A stretch of DNA of 64,000 nucleotides from a virus (taxonomy: Duplodnaviria > Heunggongvirae > Uroviricota > Caudoviricetes): the IMG/VR virus record IMGVR_UViG_3300034069_000533, positions 1,947 through 65,946 of that record. One strand, 5' to 3'. The position numbers and the translations under genes are program-made. This document shows, piece by piece, positions 25,869 to 34,491 of the stretch. How positions within the stretch are numbered: position 1 is the first letter of the stretch; each line of letters begins with the position of its first letter. A model generated the notes under the pieces. It was not told the DNA's origin. It saw nothing but the letters and a program-made list of their open reading frames with translations, and made no database searches.

Positions 25869-26473
25869 TTATTCCCGGCATGCCGTTGTCGGTCAATATG
25901 GAGGAAGTAATTGCTTCCTCTTTCAAGGATTTTCACACCAAGGGGTTTGACTATATCTGCCTCAGCCGGTCAGATGATTTAACCGTCAAGCTTTATTTGA
26001 TGGATGGCGTTGTCACGCGGGCTAGCGAAGTGGTCAACCCGCATGACCATCGTTATGCGTTTGAGACGTTTTGTTTGTCGGGCAAGGTGACGAATTACGA
26101 GTTTGTGCCCGGCCAGCGTGGCAAGCTGTATGAGCGGTTTGACTACCTGACACCGCTTAACGGCGGTGCTGGCTTCAGCCATGCCGGACAGGTGCGGCTA
26201 GAGCGCGATGCTGGCACGCCATACCTGCCGGGTGAAAGTTACCGCATGGAGGCGGCGCAACTGCACACTATCCGCGTGCATGGCGGGCAAACGGCGCTGC
26301 TGTTGCTGCAACACAGGGATGTTGTGCCGGTCGGCCAGCCGACGCAGACGTTTTGCCTTGACCGCGAGCCGCCAAGCCTCAGCGGGCTATATCAGCGCTT
26401 CACGGCTGACGAAGTAATTGACCGGCTGCGGAAGCTGGAAAAAGTGTCGGGCATAAAAATAGCTGTTGACTGA
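25865..26473 (+). CDS. cupin-fold-like protein
   Basis: PHDHRYAF....LSG...N and ESY.M....LHTI motifs. Confidence 0.55.
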   Translation: MIIPGMPLSVNMEEVIASSFKDFHTKGFDYICLSRSDDLTVKLYLMDGVVTRASEVVNPHDHRYAFETFCLSGKVTNYEFVPGQRGKLYERFDYLTPLNGGAGFSHAGQVRLERDAGTPYLPGESYRMEAAQLHTIRVHGGQTALLLLQHRDVVPVGQPTQTFCLDREPPSLSGLYQRFTADEVIDRLRKLEKVSGIKIAVD

Positions 26474-26494
26474 TAGTGTGACGCACGGTAAAAT
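26466..26494 (+). promoter_or_regulatory. sigma70 promoter with spacer palindrome (copy 7)
   Basis: TTGACT-17 nt-TAAAAT; TAGTGTGACGCACGGTA; shares AAAAATAGCTGTTGAC with copy 6. Confidence 0.8.
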
Positions 26495-26521
26495 GGAGGC
26501 AGAGAGAAGGAATAGACACCG

Positions 26522-26677
26522 ATGACCAACGAAATGCGCGACGGTTATAACGCTGGCTACATGGGCGAGGGGCTTTGCAACAACCCTTACAAGGGTGCGG
26601 AGTCAAAGGCTTGGGAGAAGGGTTATAAGAAGGCTTGCGCTGAGCGTGGCGTTAAGGCGACTGTTGAGGCGGAATAA
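26522..26677 (+). CDS. Rmf-like small protein (51 aa)
   Basis: DGYNAGYMG....NNPY......W.KGY..A matches the RMF pattern. Confidence 0.5.
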   Translation: MTNEMRDGYNAGYMGEGLCNNPYKGAESKAWEKGYKKACAERGVKATVEAE

Positions 26678-26690
26678 ATAAAATAAAGTG

Positions 26691-26719
26691 TTGACGCTGA
26701 ATGTGCCGCACGGTATATT
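26691..26719 (+). promoter_or_regulatory. sigma70 promoter with spacer palindrome (copy 8)
   Basis: TTGACG-17 nt-TATATT; AATGTGCCGCACGGTA. Confidence 0.85.
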
Positions 26720-26746
26720 CAGCGTCAGAAAGAAGGAATAGACACC

Positions 26747-26995
26747 ATGGCCGCTTTCGTCGCCAAAAAGCTTTTTCAGGCTGGCAACACTCCGGTTCCT
26801 AATGGCTACGGCCTTTGGCGTGATGGCGAGTTTTTCGCCACCATTCGCCCCGGTGTCTATTTCGACGCGCTTTGCTTCACGGACCTTAACGATGAACAGC
26901 GCGGGCGTAAGGTTCGGCGCGTCCTTAAGGCTAAGCTTGGCTTCAATATGAAGATGATGGATATGCTGCCAATCATCCGGCAGGAATACGCTTAA
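26747..26995 (+). CDS. hypothetical protein
   Basis: AAAGAAGGA RBS. Confidence 0.65.
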   Translation: MAAFVAKKLFQAGNTPVPNGYGLWRDGEFFATIRPGVYFDALCFTDLNDEQRGRKVRRVLKAKLGFNMKMMDMLPIIRQEYA

Positions 26996-27015
26996 AGCCC
27001 CGCAAGGGGCTTTTT
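26994..27015. terminator. bidirectional terminator (GCAA loop family)
   Basis: AAAGCCCC-GCAA-GGGGCTTTTT between convergent units. Confidence 0.85.
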
Positions 27016-27017
27016 CT

Positions 27018-29036
27018 TTATCTATCCACCTTCATTGTCTGCCGCTGGCGCTGCGTCTCAGCCCGCGCCGCCGCTTCCGGCCAGAGATTGTCGCCGGCTT
27101 CTAGCTTGGCTACGCGCTCAACAATCTTGCTGCGCCACTCCGCTGCCCGCTCAGCGCGATTGTCGCGCGTGGCGGCGCCCGGTGCGTATTGCATCTGCTG
27201 CTTTTCCACATCAAAGCCAACGGCACGGGTGCGGACTTCCTGACCGACAGCAAAGCGCTCTGCTGCATGCTCTAGCTGAATTTCACCAACATGCACCTTG
27301 CGCGCATAAACTCGCAACATGGCTTCGGTTTTGTCAACAGGCACGTCTTGCTGCTGTCTGGGCGCCGCAATGTAATTGGCTGAGCCTTCGGTGTCGCGCC
27401 AATTAGCCGAGTTGATGTAACCTTGGGCTGTCACGCGCTGCGCCACACGCTCAGCCGCTTCCTTGCGTTCAAACACCACGTCATGAAACTTGGTGTCTTG
27501 TGGATACTGTCCATTAGCGGTCCATGTCACCGCCACCTGATGCACGGTCTTGCCATCGCGCGAGCTACCGACAACGGCAACAATGTCGCGCTGACTTACG
27601 CGCCGGACATCGCTGGACTCTGACATTGGCTGCATTCCTTCTTTATTCTGATTAAGCTTTTGGCTCAGCGCCGCCAGCGATTGTGCCATCTTCGGCAGCA
27701 TAGCCGCTACCTGATTCAGCCTCGCCCGCTGCGTCAGTTTCGCTCCCCGGTCGCGGAGCATCGTGCGACGGCTGGCCAGAGCCTCCATTGTGAGGCGCAG
27801 TCGATGCGCCCGCTGGATCAGTGGCCGGGCCAAGGCTGCCGAAAGCGCGGCGCTTCGCTTCAATGATGGTGCGGACTCCTGCCGCAAGGCGGCGCGCTCC
27901 ATGCTCTGTCGGTGTGCTTGCCATGTCCGCTTTGCTCCATCAGCTAGCCGCCGGGCACGCTCAGCAAGCCCCATAGACGGCGCCTCAGCCTGTCTATCAC
28001 GCGGGGGCAGCTTCGCCACGTCAAACCGCACCATGCCTGCCTGAGCGAGCTTCTGACGCCAAATAGCGGGGTCTGCCATGCCGTCCTGCTTCGGGCCTTG
28101 CATGAGGTTGCGCCCGATCCGCATAAGCTGGTTGCGCTGGCTGTAGGACATTTTATCCCAATCCAACCCCTTGGCTTCGGCATGCTCGCGCGCAAACTGC
28201 TCCATTTCATTGCCGCGCCGGGCAAAGTCCATTCGCATTGAATCTGGAATGTCGGTAAAAACTACCGCCTTTGATGGATTAGCTTGGCTGATGTTAATGC
28301 CGTATTCCTGGCAGCGCTTGGCAAACGCATCCTGAAAAACGGCGCCAAATCGCTTGACGTGACCATGGCATTGCATGGTAAAGATTGCCCGCACTTTGCC
28401 ATCCGGCAAAACCACATTGCTTGGCACGACATGGTGAAAATGCAAGTTGGGATAAACTGAGCCATCTTGTGTTGGCCGCGTGGTGTGGTGAGTAAATCTA
28501 ATCCAGACAATTTCCCCGCGCTCGACACCGCCGCTGCCTCCCGCGCCACGGCGGGTGAATGCCATCTTGTCAGCGAATGCCGCCATGGCGTCATCTGCGG
28601 CGCCATGCGCCGCTGTCAAGATCATGGCCCGCCCGGCGGGCGTTTCGGCATTGGCCAGCGCTATTCCAACTGAAGTGTCAGTTGAAAAAGTCACATCCAT
28701 TATTTCGCGCGTTTTGTATTCCTTACCATCACCGCGCGTGTAATCGTTAAGTAGCCTGCGGCCGGTTGGCTCGCCATCAGCGCATGCGCCCCGGATCAAG
28801 TTTAGCACTTGCTGAGCGGTCAACGTGACGTGCGGACTGAAATGCAGGCGGTCAGCAACATGCTCTGGCACGTCGCGGCGCATGACGGGAATAGTACCGC
28901 CATGCTCACCGGGGTCTAGCCCGAACGTGTTGCGCATGTCTTCGTCGCGCTGCTGCATGGGCTCAGTCTCGCGCAAATAGTATTGCGCGAGGTCGGGAGC
29001 CGAATAAACGTTAACGCATTTGACGTAAGCAACCAT
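27018..29036 (-). CDS. MOBF (TrwC-like) relaxase without a recognisable helicase domain
   Basis: QYYL (catalytic Tyr pair), D.TFS...SV, AH..A...AM, RRGAGG, FTH.T.RP...P.LHFH (3H motif). Confidence 0.85.
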   Translation of the reverse strand: MVAYVKCVNVYSAPDLAQYYLRETEPMQQRDEDMRNTFGLDPGEHGGTIPVMRRDVPEHVADRLHFSPHVTLTAQQVLNLIRGACADGEPTGRRLLNDYTRGDGKEYKTREIMDVTFSTDTSVGIALANAETPAGRAMILTAAHGAADDAMAAFADKMAFTRRGAGGSGGVERGEIVWIRFTHHTTRPTQDGSVYPNLHFHHVVPSNVVLPDGKVRAIFTMQCHGHVKRFGAVFQDAFAKRCQEYGINISQANPSKAVVFTDIPDSMRMDFARRGNEMEQFAREHAEAKGLDWDKMSYSQRNQLMRIGRNLMQGPKQDGMADPAIWRQKLAQAGMVRFDVAKLPPRDRQAEAPSMGLAERARRLADGAKRTWQAHRQSMERAALRQESAPSLKRSAALSAALARPLIQRAHRLRLTMEALASRRTMLRDRGAKLTQRARLNQVAAMLPKMAQSLAALSQKLNQNKEGMQPMSESSDVRRVSQRDIVAVVGSSRDGKTVHQVAVTWTANGQYPQDTKFHDVVFERKEAAERVAQRVTAQGYINSANWRDTEGSANYIAAPRQQQDVPVDKTEAMLRVYARKVHVGEIQLEHAAERFAVGQEVRTRAVGFDVEKQQMQYAPGAATRDNRAERAAEWRSKIVERVAKLEAGDNLWPEAAARAETQRQRQTMKVDR

Positions 29037-29326
29037 TAAGTTGGTAAGCTTTCAATTTCCGCCGCAATCAGCACATCCACCCGGCCAATTAGCTTGTCCT
29101 GACCGTCTGCCAGCCGGCGCAGCGCTGCGGCAATGTCGCTGCCACCATCGCCAGAGCAAGCGGCCAGAATATCGTTTAGCGTGCCTTGCTGCGTTTCCAG
29201 CGCCTCCATAATCTGATTAAGCGCCCCGCGCTGTTCTAGGTCTGAGCCTTCTAGGGTAGCCATTCGCTTATCTATGCTGGTCAGCTTTTCCAGCATCATG
29301 GCTAGCATGCGGTCGGTTGGCGTCAT
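29036..29326 (-). CDS. hypothetical coiled-coil protein upstream of relaxase
   Basis: TAATG overlap with relaxase start. Confidence 0.6.
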   Translation of the reverse strand: MTPTDRMLAMMLEKLTSIDKRMATLEGSDLEQRGALNQIMEALETQQGTLNDILAACSGDGGSDIAAALRRLADGQDKLIGRVDVLIAAEIESLPT

Positions 29327-29640
29327 GCTGATTGCCCTTTATTTCGCGCCCTGATTGCGGCAATGTCGGCAATCTTCTTTGTGTCGCCACGCAATTTGGC
29401 GACATGCTCAACAGGGCCGTATTTATCAGTCAGCACCGCACCGGCTGTAATGGCCAGCACTTTTTTATTCAGAGCAATATCAAAGTGGACCCATGAGGCT
29501 TTAGGCGGCTGTTGCAGCCAACGACGCTGGACGCCTATGCGGTCAGCCATGGCTAGCAATTCGTCTAAACTGTCGGCCCACATATGACACATTATCATGC
29601 GTCCAAATGGGTGGCGCACATCGTCAACGTATACGGTCAT
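29323..29640 (-). CDS. DUF4031-like protein
   Basis: MTVYVDD...FGRM.MCHM.AD...EL.AMA..IG..R.W.Q....HFDI. Confidence 0.8.
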   Translation of the reverse strand: MTVYVDDVRHPFGRMIMCHMWADSLDELLAMADRIGVQRRWLQQPPKASWVHFDIALNKKVLAITAGAVLTDKYGPVEHVAKLRGDTKKIADIAAIRARNKGQSA

Positions 29641-29882
29641 TTGGATTTTGCCTTAATTGCCTCGGCCCATTGCAGCACGCTTGCGTCAAATACTTTTTCC
29701 ATGCCAATTTTTGTAATTGGCCAACCCGGTTTATTTTTGCTGGCCGTTTCGGTTAGCCAGCCGACAGCTTCATTTTTGGTCCTTGCATACGTTATGCCAA
29801 TTTGGTTTTCTGTATAATTCACATTGCCAACATGCATCTGCATGCAGGCATTGCCAACGTAAACGCCTTCTTCGTTTTCCAT
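29637..29882 (-). CDS. hypothetical protein
   Basis: GAGGGA RBS, coupled operon. Confidence 0.55.
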   Translation of the reverse strand: MENEEGVYVGNACMQMHVGNVNYTENQIGITYARTKNEAVGWLTETASKNKPGWPITKIGMEKVFDASVLQWAEAIKAKSK

Positions 29883-29892
29883 ATTAATTCCC

Positions 29893-30123
29893 TCAATATT
29901 TATTGCGTTCATCCGGCCCGTGATAGCCGGTGCCGCGATCCATACTGTAACTCATGTCACACCGCTTACACGTCACGCTTGACGACATGAGATAACCAAC
30001 GCTGGCTGGACGCCGCATAAATGCAGCGCGTCGCGTCGGTGTAACAGAAAAAAATGCGGTCGCCTCATTCCCGCCGCAACGCACGCACTCAAAGCGCAAT
30101 TTGAAATCTGGCGTCTCGTTCAC
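29893..30123 (-). CDS. Zn-ribbon-like protein
   Basis: CxxC...CxxC; GTG after AGGAG. Confidence 0.55.
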   Translation of the reverse strand: MNETPDFKLRFECVRCGGNEATAFFSVTPTRRAAFMRRPASVGYLMSSSVTCKRCDMSYSMDRGTGYHGPDERNKY

Positions 30124-30335
30124 TTTTCCAACTCCTTCAGCGATTCCGTCATCCAATGCCGCAACGCACGCTCAGCCGTTTCCATAGCCTCTTGCTCGGT
30201 GCCTTCGCTAACGGGCTGGACGCGGTTGAATAGGTGATAGCGGTAAGCACCGCCCTCGCGGATGACGCTGGCGCAGCAAATGCCGTTAAGAAAACCGCAT
30301 TTGTAATTGTTCCAGGTTTCCCACCGGAGTTTCAT
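30120..30335 (-). CDS. hypothetical protein
   Basis: ATGA-type overlaps. Confidence 0.55.
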   Translation of the reverse strand: MKLRWETWNNYKCGFLNGICCASVIREGGAYRYHLFNRVQPVSEGTEQEAMETAERALRHWMTESLKELEK

Positions 30336-30670
30336 TTTGCGTTCCTTCTGGTAATCTTGCGCGCCTCACGCTGACGCTTTTGCACATCATCCCACGGTTT
30401 GTCACGACGAATGCCGGGCGTTCCGGGGCGCTCCCACTTTGGCAAATTTAGCAGTGTGTGGAATGTCTGCGGCTCAGGCTTGTCATATAAAAATGAGCGC
30501 GGCATTTGAAAATGCTTATGAATTTGCCACGCAGATTTGCCATTTCTGTAAGCTAAAGGAGTATCAATACTAGTTCCGTCTTTACAGAAAGAGCGAATTA
30601 CAGCATCGTAATCAATCGAAATGCTGCCAATAACGATAATTTTTTGTCTGTTTTTAACTTCTTCGTTCAT
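30332..30670 (-). CDS. hypothetical protein
   Basis: ATG at 30670 after GAAGGAG, first gene after promoter copy 9. Confidence 0.6.
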   Translation of the reverse strand: MNEEVKNRQKIIVIGSISIDYDAVIRSFCKDGTSIDTPLAYRNGKSAWQIHKHFQMPRSFLYDKPEPQTFHTLLNLPKWERPGTPGIRRDKPWDDVQKRQREARKITRRNAK

Positions 30671-30692
30671 TGCTTTGCTCCTTCTGTAGCTC

Positions 30693-30721
30693 ATATTACC
30701 GTGCCGCACACTGCAACGCAA
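30693..30721 (-). promoter_or_regulatory. sigma70 promoter with spacer palindrome (copy 9), upstream of the relaxase-containing gene run
   Basis: Minus strand TTGCGT-17 nt-TAATAT; AGTGTGCGGCACGGTA. Confidence 0.75.
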
Positions 30722-30729
30722 CACCTAAT

Positions 30730-31173
30730 TTATCGCTGGCTGCGTCGGCTTGTGCGCTCTGCCAGCCGGGCTAGCCTGTCATCAACACTGGCCGGTGTTG
30801 GTGCTGGCTGCGGCGCAGGGATAGGGGCGGGCGCCGGGCGAGGCTCAGGGACGTAGGTTGGCGCGGGAAGGGGCATCTTCTGGATGCGCTGTTTTGTTTT
30901 TTTTGTTTTCCACCACGTTTGACGAGCAATTTTAGCACTAATATTATTTCCATTAGCGTCAGTAAGTCCCATTTTATTTAACTCAATAGATATTTTGTTC
31001 CAATTTGGTTGCTTGATTCCGTAAATTGCTTTAGCAAATTCTTTGTAATTATCAATCATCCACCTATGCAAAGGGGACATTATACCTGAGCCGCCAGAAT
31101 TTGCAGCATTTTTAAAAACATCAAAATCGAAAGGTTTTTTGTTTAACATTAAATTATTCCTATTTTTAAACAT
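30730..31173 (-). CDS. putative StbA/relaxosome-accessory-like DNA-binding protein
   Basis: SPLHRWM..NY.EF......PNW..I..EL...G..D.NG......RQTWW pattern, recalled from mob regions of alphaproteobacterial plasmids. Confidence 0.4.
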   Translation of the reverse strand: MFKNRNNLMLNKKPFDFDVFKNAANSGGSGIMSPLHRWMIDNYKEFAKAIYGIKQPNWNKISIELNKMGLTDANGNNISAKIARQTWWKTKKTKQRIQKMPLPAPTYVPEPRPAPAPIPAPQPAPTPASVDDRLARLAERTSRRSQR

Positions 31174-31715
31174 TGTTTGTATACGTCGTTATAAGATGGA
31201 TTTTTATTGTTTGTATTGTATATTTGATATTTAATAAAATACTCATAAAGTGTTTGACAAAAATCTCCTTTTTCGTCTTTTTTGATTTCTATTAATTCTT
31301 CTCTGTGTTCTCTTAAAAAATTAATAAATGGAGAGCTTGATATTTTAAAATATATTTTTTCTGATGTATTTTTATATTGATTAATTAATTTATTTTGACT
31401 TTCTAAAAATAAAAATACTTTTTTGCTATACGATACTCTCAGCAAATACAAAATTGGAATAATTGCTTCTTTATCTAAATGATTTCTTTTTATGCAATTA
31501 ATTTGTCCTGAAGTTGGTACTAAATTAAACACATTGTCTGGACCGTTTTTTGATCTAGGCCAAACGTGATCTAAAATCATATGCTCAAAACTTAATTTTC
31601 TTCCGGTCCAAAAATCTACTCCTTTATGGGCAAAATGCATAGCTTTCCGCACAGCATGGCTTTGCATATTTACAATGCCGGCTTCTGGAAACCAAAAATT
31701 AAAATCAAATTCCAT
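31149..31715 (-). CDS. HNH endonuclease (AT-rich)
   Basis: LDHVWPRSKNGPDNVFNLVPT...IN..K. Confidence 0.8.
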   Translation of the reverse strand: MEFDFNFWFPEAGIVNMQSHAVRKAMHFAHKGVDFWTGRKLSFEHMILDHVWPRSKNGPDNVFNLVPTSGQINCIKRNHLDKEAIIPILYLLRVSYSKKVFLFLESQNKLINQYKNTSEKIYFKISSSPFINFLREHREELIEIKKDEKGDFCQTLYEYFIKYQIYNTNNKNPSYNDVYKQCLKIGII

Positions 31716-31886
31716 GCGCTAACTATGCTAAAAGTGTCGCAGGTTGTCGCGTCACATAATCGTGAGTTGTCTCAACCTGTCGCAAGCTGTCATATAGCGC
31801 GCCGAGTGAGGGGAAGTAATAGAAGACTTCACTCGTTTTATCTGCTTTGGTTCCAACGCTATAAACCGTTCTGAAAGAAGGAAGTT
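31716..31886. other. candidate oriT / divergent control region
   Basis: Three TGTCGC direct repeats (31735, 31745, 31778); IRs CAGGTTG/CAACCTG and CGAGTGA/TCACTCG; TGTCATATAGC at 31788; between divergent mob/par-like genes. Confidence 0.35.
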
Positions 31887-32693
31887 ATGGGCAAACTGAC
31901 ACCCGACAATCCGGCCAACGTCGCTGAGGTTTCGCTAAGCGATGGCGAGCCAGCTAGCGTGCTGATGATCCGCGCCGGGCGCGGCAATAGCGGCGGGACT
32001 ACCGCGCTGAATGCGACGATTGAGCTAGCCTTGCGCGAGGGGCGTAAGCCCGTGGTGCTGGACGCGGCGCGCAATCCATCGCTGTCCGCGATCTATCCTG
32101 ACACCGCTTTCCGGCCAGCGTCGCATTCGATTGGCGACGTGAAGGAGGCCATTACCTCTGGCGTGCTGGACGTGATGGTTGAGGAAAGCCGCAGCGGCGT
32201 TATTGACCTTGGCGGCGGTCAGGACGACACGCTAGTTGATTATATGCTCGATATTGATTTGGTTAAATTCTGTCAGTCGGTTGGCGTGCGTCCGGTGTTT
32301 TTGGTCAGCTTTGGCCCGCAGTTGGATGATTTTGAGCATGCGCTAGAAATTAAGCGTCGTGGCGTATTTAGCGGCGCTGACGTATTACTTGTGCAAAACG
32401 AAGGTGTGCTGCGACGCGGCCAAGACCCTGATCGCGTCTTTGGAGAAATTCAGCGTAATTCCGATTTTATCAATTGGGTTACTGTTGACAACGCTTGCCC
32501 GCTCTACATGGAAACGCTTGCTTGCCTTGAAGAAGTGCGCAAGCTTGGTCTGAGCCTGTCCGATGCGGCAGCGAACAAACCCGGTCGGGACGGCAAGAAG
32601 ATTGGCATTACAAAGGCTTGGACCGTCAAGACTTGGCTTAATGATTGGGCGCTCAGCTTCCACGAAAATGAGTGTGATGAGCGAAGGGTTTAA
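31887..32693 (+). CDS. ParA/MinD/StbB-like P-loop protein with degenerate Walker A
   Basis: GRGNSGGTT, VVLDA..N.SL, VIDLGGG, LV.NEG. Confidence 0.7.
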   Translation: MGKLTPDNPANVAEVSLSDGEPASVLMIRAGRGNSGGTTALNATIELALREGRKPVVLDAARNPSLSAIYPDTAFRPASHSIGDVKEAITSGVLDVMVEESRSGVIDLGGGQDDTLVDYMLDIDLVKFCQSVGVRPVFLVSFGPQLDDFEHALEIKRRGVFSGADVLLVQNEGVLRRGQDPDRVFGEIQRNSDFINWVTVDNACPLYMETLACLEEVRKLGLSLSDAAANKPGRDGKKIGITKAWTVKTWLNDWALSFHENECDERRV

Positions 32694-32697
32694 TTAA

Positions 32698-33291
32698 ATG
32701 CCTTTTGCCGCAACGTTTGATCCAAAAGAATATAAAGATAAAAGATTTGGTACGCTGGTCGGTCAAGGAATAGAAAAAAATATAAATTCTGTTAGGTGTT
32801 TTTTATTTAAATGCGACTGCGGCGCAGAATCTTGGCGAGCAACCCATAGATTAAAAGCTATGGGTAAGAATTCTGGATGCGACACATGCAGAAAAAAGTT
32901 TGTTAAAGGCTATCAAAGACAAAGAAAAATTTTATCTGAAAGCAAAAATTGGAAAGGCAAAGGAAGTATACCGGGCAGAATGCTTACTTTGCTTATTATA
33001 GCTGCAAAAGCCAGAAACATATCAGTAGAAATAAATATCTCAGACTTAGACGAATTATGGACAAAACAAAATGGTAAATGTGCGTTAACAGGAAGAATAT
33101 TAAATTTAAGTGGAAATCTAAATGGAAAATTAATTGTGGGCACGGCTTCGGTTGACCGAATTGACTCATCTAAGGGATACACAAAAGAAAATATACAATG
33201 GGTGCATAAAGATATAAATATGGCAAAAAGAGCTTTAAATAACAAAGAATTTATCTCTTTATGCAAGGAGGTTGCAAATAACAATGAATAA
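32698..33291 (+). CDS. HNH-type homing endonuclease (AT-rich)
   Basis: C.CDCG..., SGC..C N-terminus; Q.GKCALTG, SVDRIDSSKGY...NIQWV...IN.AK. Confidence 0.85.
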   Translation: MPFAATFDPKEYKDKRFGTLVGQGIEKNINSVRCFLFKCDCGAESWRATHRLKAMGKNSGCDTCRKKFVKGYQRQRKILSESKNWKGKGSIPGRMLTLLIIAAKARNISVEINISDLDELWTKQNGKCALTGRILNLSGNLNGKLIVGTASVDRIDSSKGYTKENIQWVHKDINMAKRALNNKEFISLCKEVANNNE

Positions 33292-33805
33292 AATTCCATA
33301 CGTCCACAGCAATTACGAAAGAAAAAAACAAGATGATTATCAAACCATAGATGATCGTTGTATTAAAGCGCTAATTAGCAAATGGGACATTAGGGGCAAA
33401 AAGATTGTTGATTGCTGCGCTTCGCATGGCAGCGGCATTGTAGATCATCTTTGCGCCGCTGGTTATGACGCCAGCGGAGCAAAGGATGCTTTTGGCAGTT
33501 ATATCGCTGAATGGATTGTGACTAATCCGCCATATGAACGAGACTCAGTTGACAGGATTGCCAATGAATGTCTAAGGCGGCTGAAGTCTGGCGAGGTTGA
33601 TGGCGTCGCTTTCTTAATGCGAGCAAATTGGGACTTGGCTAATAAGCGTGCCAAGCTTTTTGTTTTTCCGTGGTACGCCTGCCAGATTAGAATGCGTTTT
33701 CGTCCGTGGTGGAGCGAGGAGCGCAAATCCCAACCAATTCATAATTTTGTTTGGCATATCTGGCAAAGATCAGAATTTGACCCAACCATCAAATACTATC
33801 CATGA
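33284..33805 (+). CDS. DNA amino-methyltransferase (N6-adenine type)
   Basis: R...D.Y.T, DCCASHGSGI (SAM motif), IVTNPPY. Confidence 0.8.
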   Translation: MNKIPYVHSNYERKKQDDYQTIDDRCIKALISKWDIRGKKIVDCCASHGSGIVDHLCAAGYDASGAKDAFGSYIAEWIVTNPPYERDSVDRIANECLRRLKSGEVDGVAFLMRANWDLANKRAKLFVFPWYACQIRMRFRPWWSEERKSQPIHNFVWHIWQRSEFDPTIKYYP

Positions 33806-33814
33806 GGCGGAACA

Positions 33815-34420
33815 ATGGTTGATTTAACCGCTTACATGCCGGTGCCGGGATATAGGCCCAAGCCAAAGGGAGCCAAGCCAATGGCCGCACCTAAATTGGT
33901 TTCTAACCAACCATCGTCGGTTGTTCCGCCAAAGAGGCTTGCCATGACTAAAACCGACGATGCAGCGCCAACATTAAAGGCGCAAGTTGAAACGCTGGCC
34001 GATAGAGACGGAATGCCAGAGGATGAGCCGCTTAGGCTTATTATAGTTTCAGTCGCAGATAAAATAGACCGGCTAGAAAAACTGCAATCTGATTACGGCT
34101 CAGGTACACAGGATAAAGTTGCTGCTGCCGCACATAAAGCGGTGTCCAGTCAGGTTAACGCTATTCGCTGGCGCATCGGGCTATGGCGTTGGGCGCTGAT
34201 GGGTTGCGCCGCTTCGGTTATTTTATTGCTCGGTTATGAAATTGGCGTGCGATCCAGCGTGCAAACCGAGTTCGGCCCGATGCCCGCACGCCTTACCAAA
34301 ATCATGCCTATTCAATCATGGGAAGCGCAATTTAACGCCTGTCGCGTGCAACAGCCGGTTGGCGGGGTTGAATGGTGCCTGTTGCCGTTAGTGACAAAAT
34401 ACCCGTCTATTGTGGAATAG
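33815..34420 (+). CDS. membrane-anchored hypothetical protein of the mob/par cluster
   Basis: Coiled coil plus one TM; GAGG RBS. Confidence 0.55.
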   Translation: MVDLTAYMPVPGYRPKPKGAKPMAAPKLVSNQPSSVVPPKRLAMTKTDDAAPTLKAQVETLADRDGMPEDEPLRLIIVSVADKIDRLEKLQSDYGSGTQDKVAAAAHKAVSSQVNAIRWRIGLWRWALMGCAASVILLLGYEIGVRSSVQTEFGPMPARLTKIMPIQSWEAQFNACRVQQPVGGVEWCLLPLVTKYPSIVE

Positions 34421-34436
34421 CTCACGTTTTTGTTAC

Positions 34437-34465
34437 TGGACGCATAGCGTGCGGCACGATAAGTT
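34437..34465 (+). promoter_or_regulatory. sigma70 promoter with spacer palindrome (copy 10)
   Basis: TGGACG-17 nt-TAAGTT; TAGCGTGCGGCACGATA. Confidence 0.75.
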
Positions 34466-34491
34466 AGTGACAGAGAGAAGGAGCAAATTAG

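Noticed and set aside
27035-28750. Several plus-strand ORFs over the relaxase
   Set aside because: Shadow ORFs; the relaxase motifs are on the minus strand.
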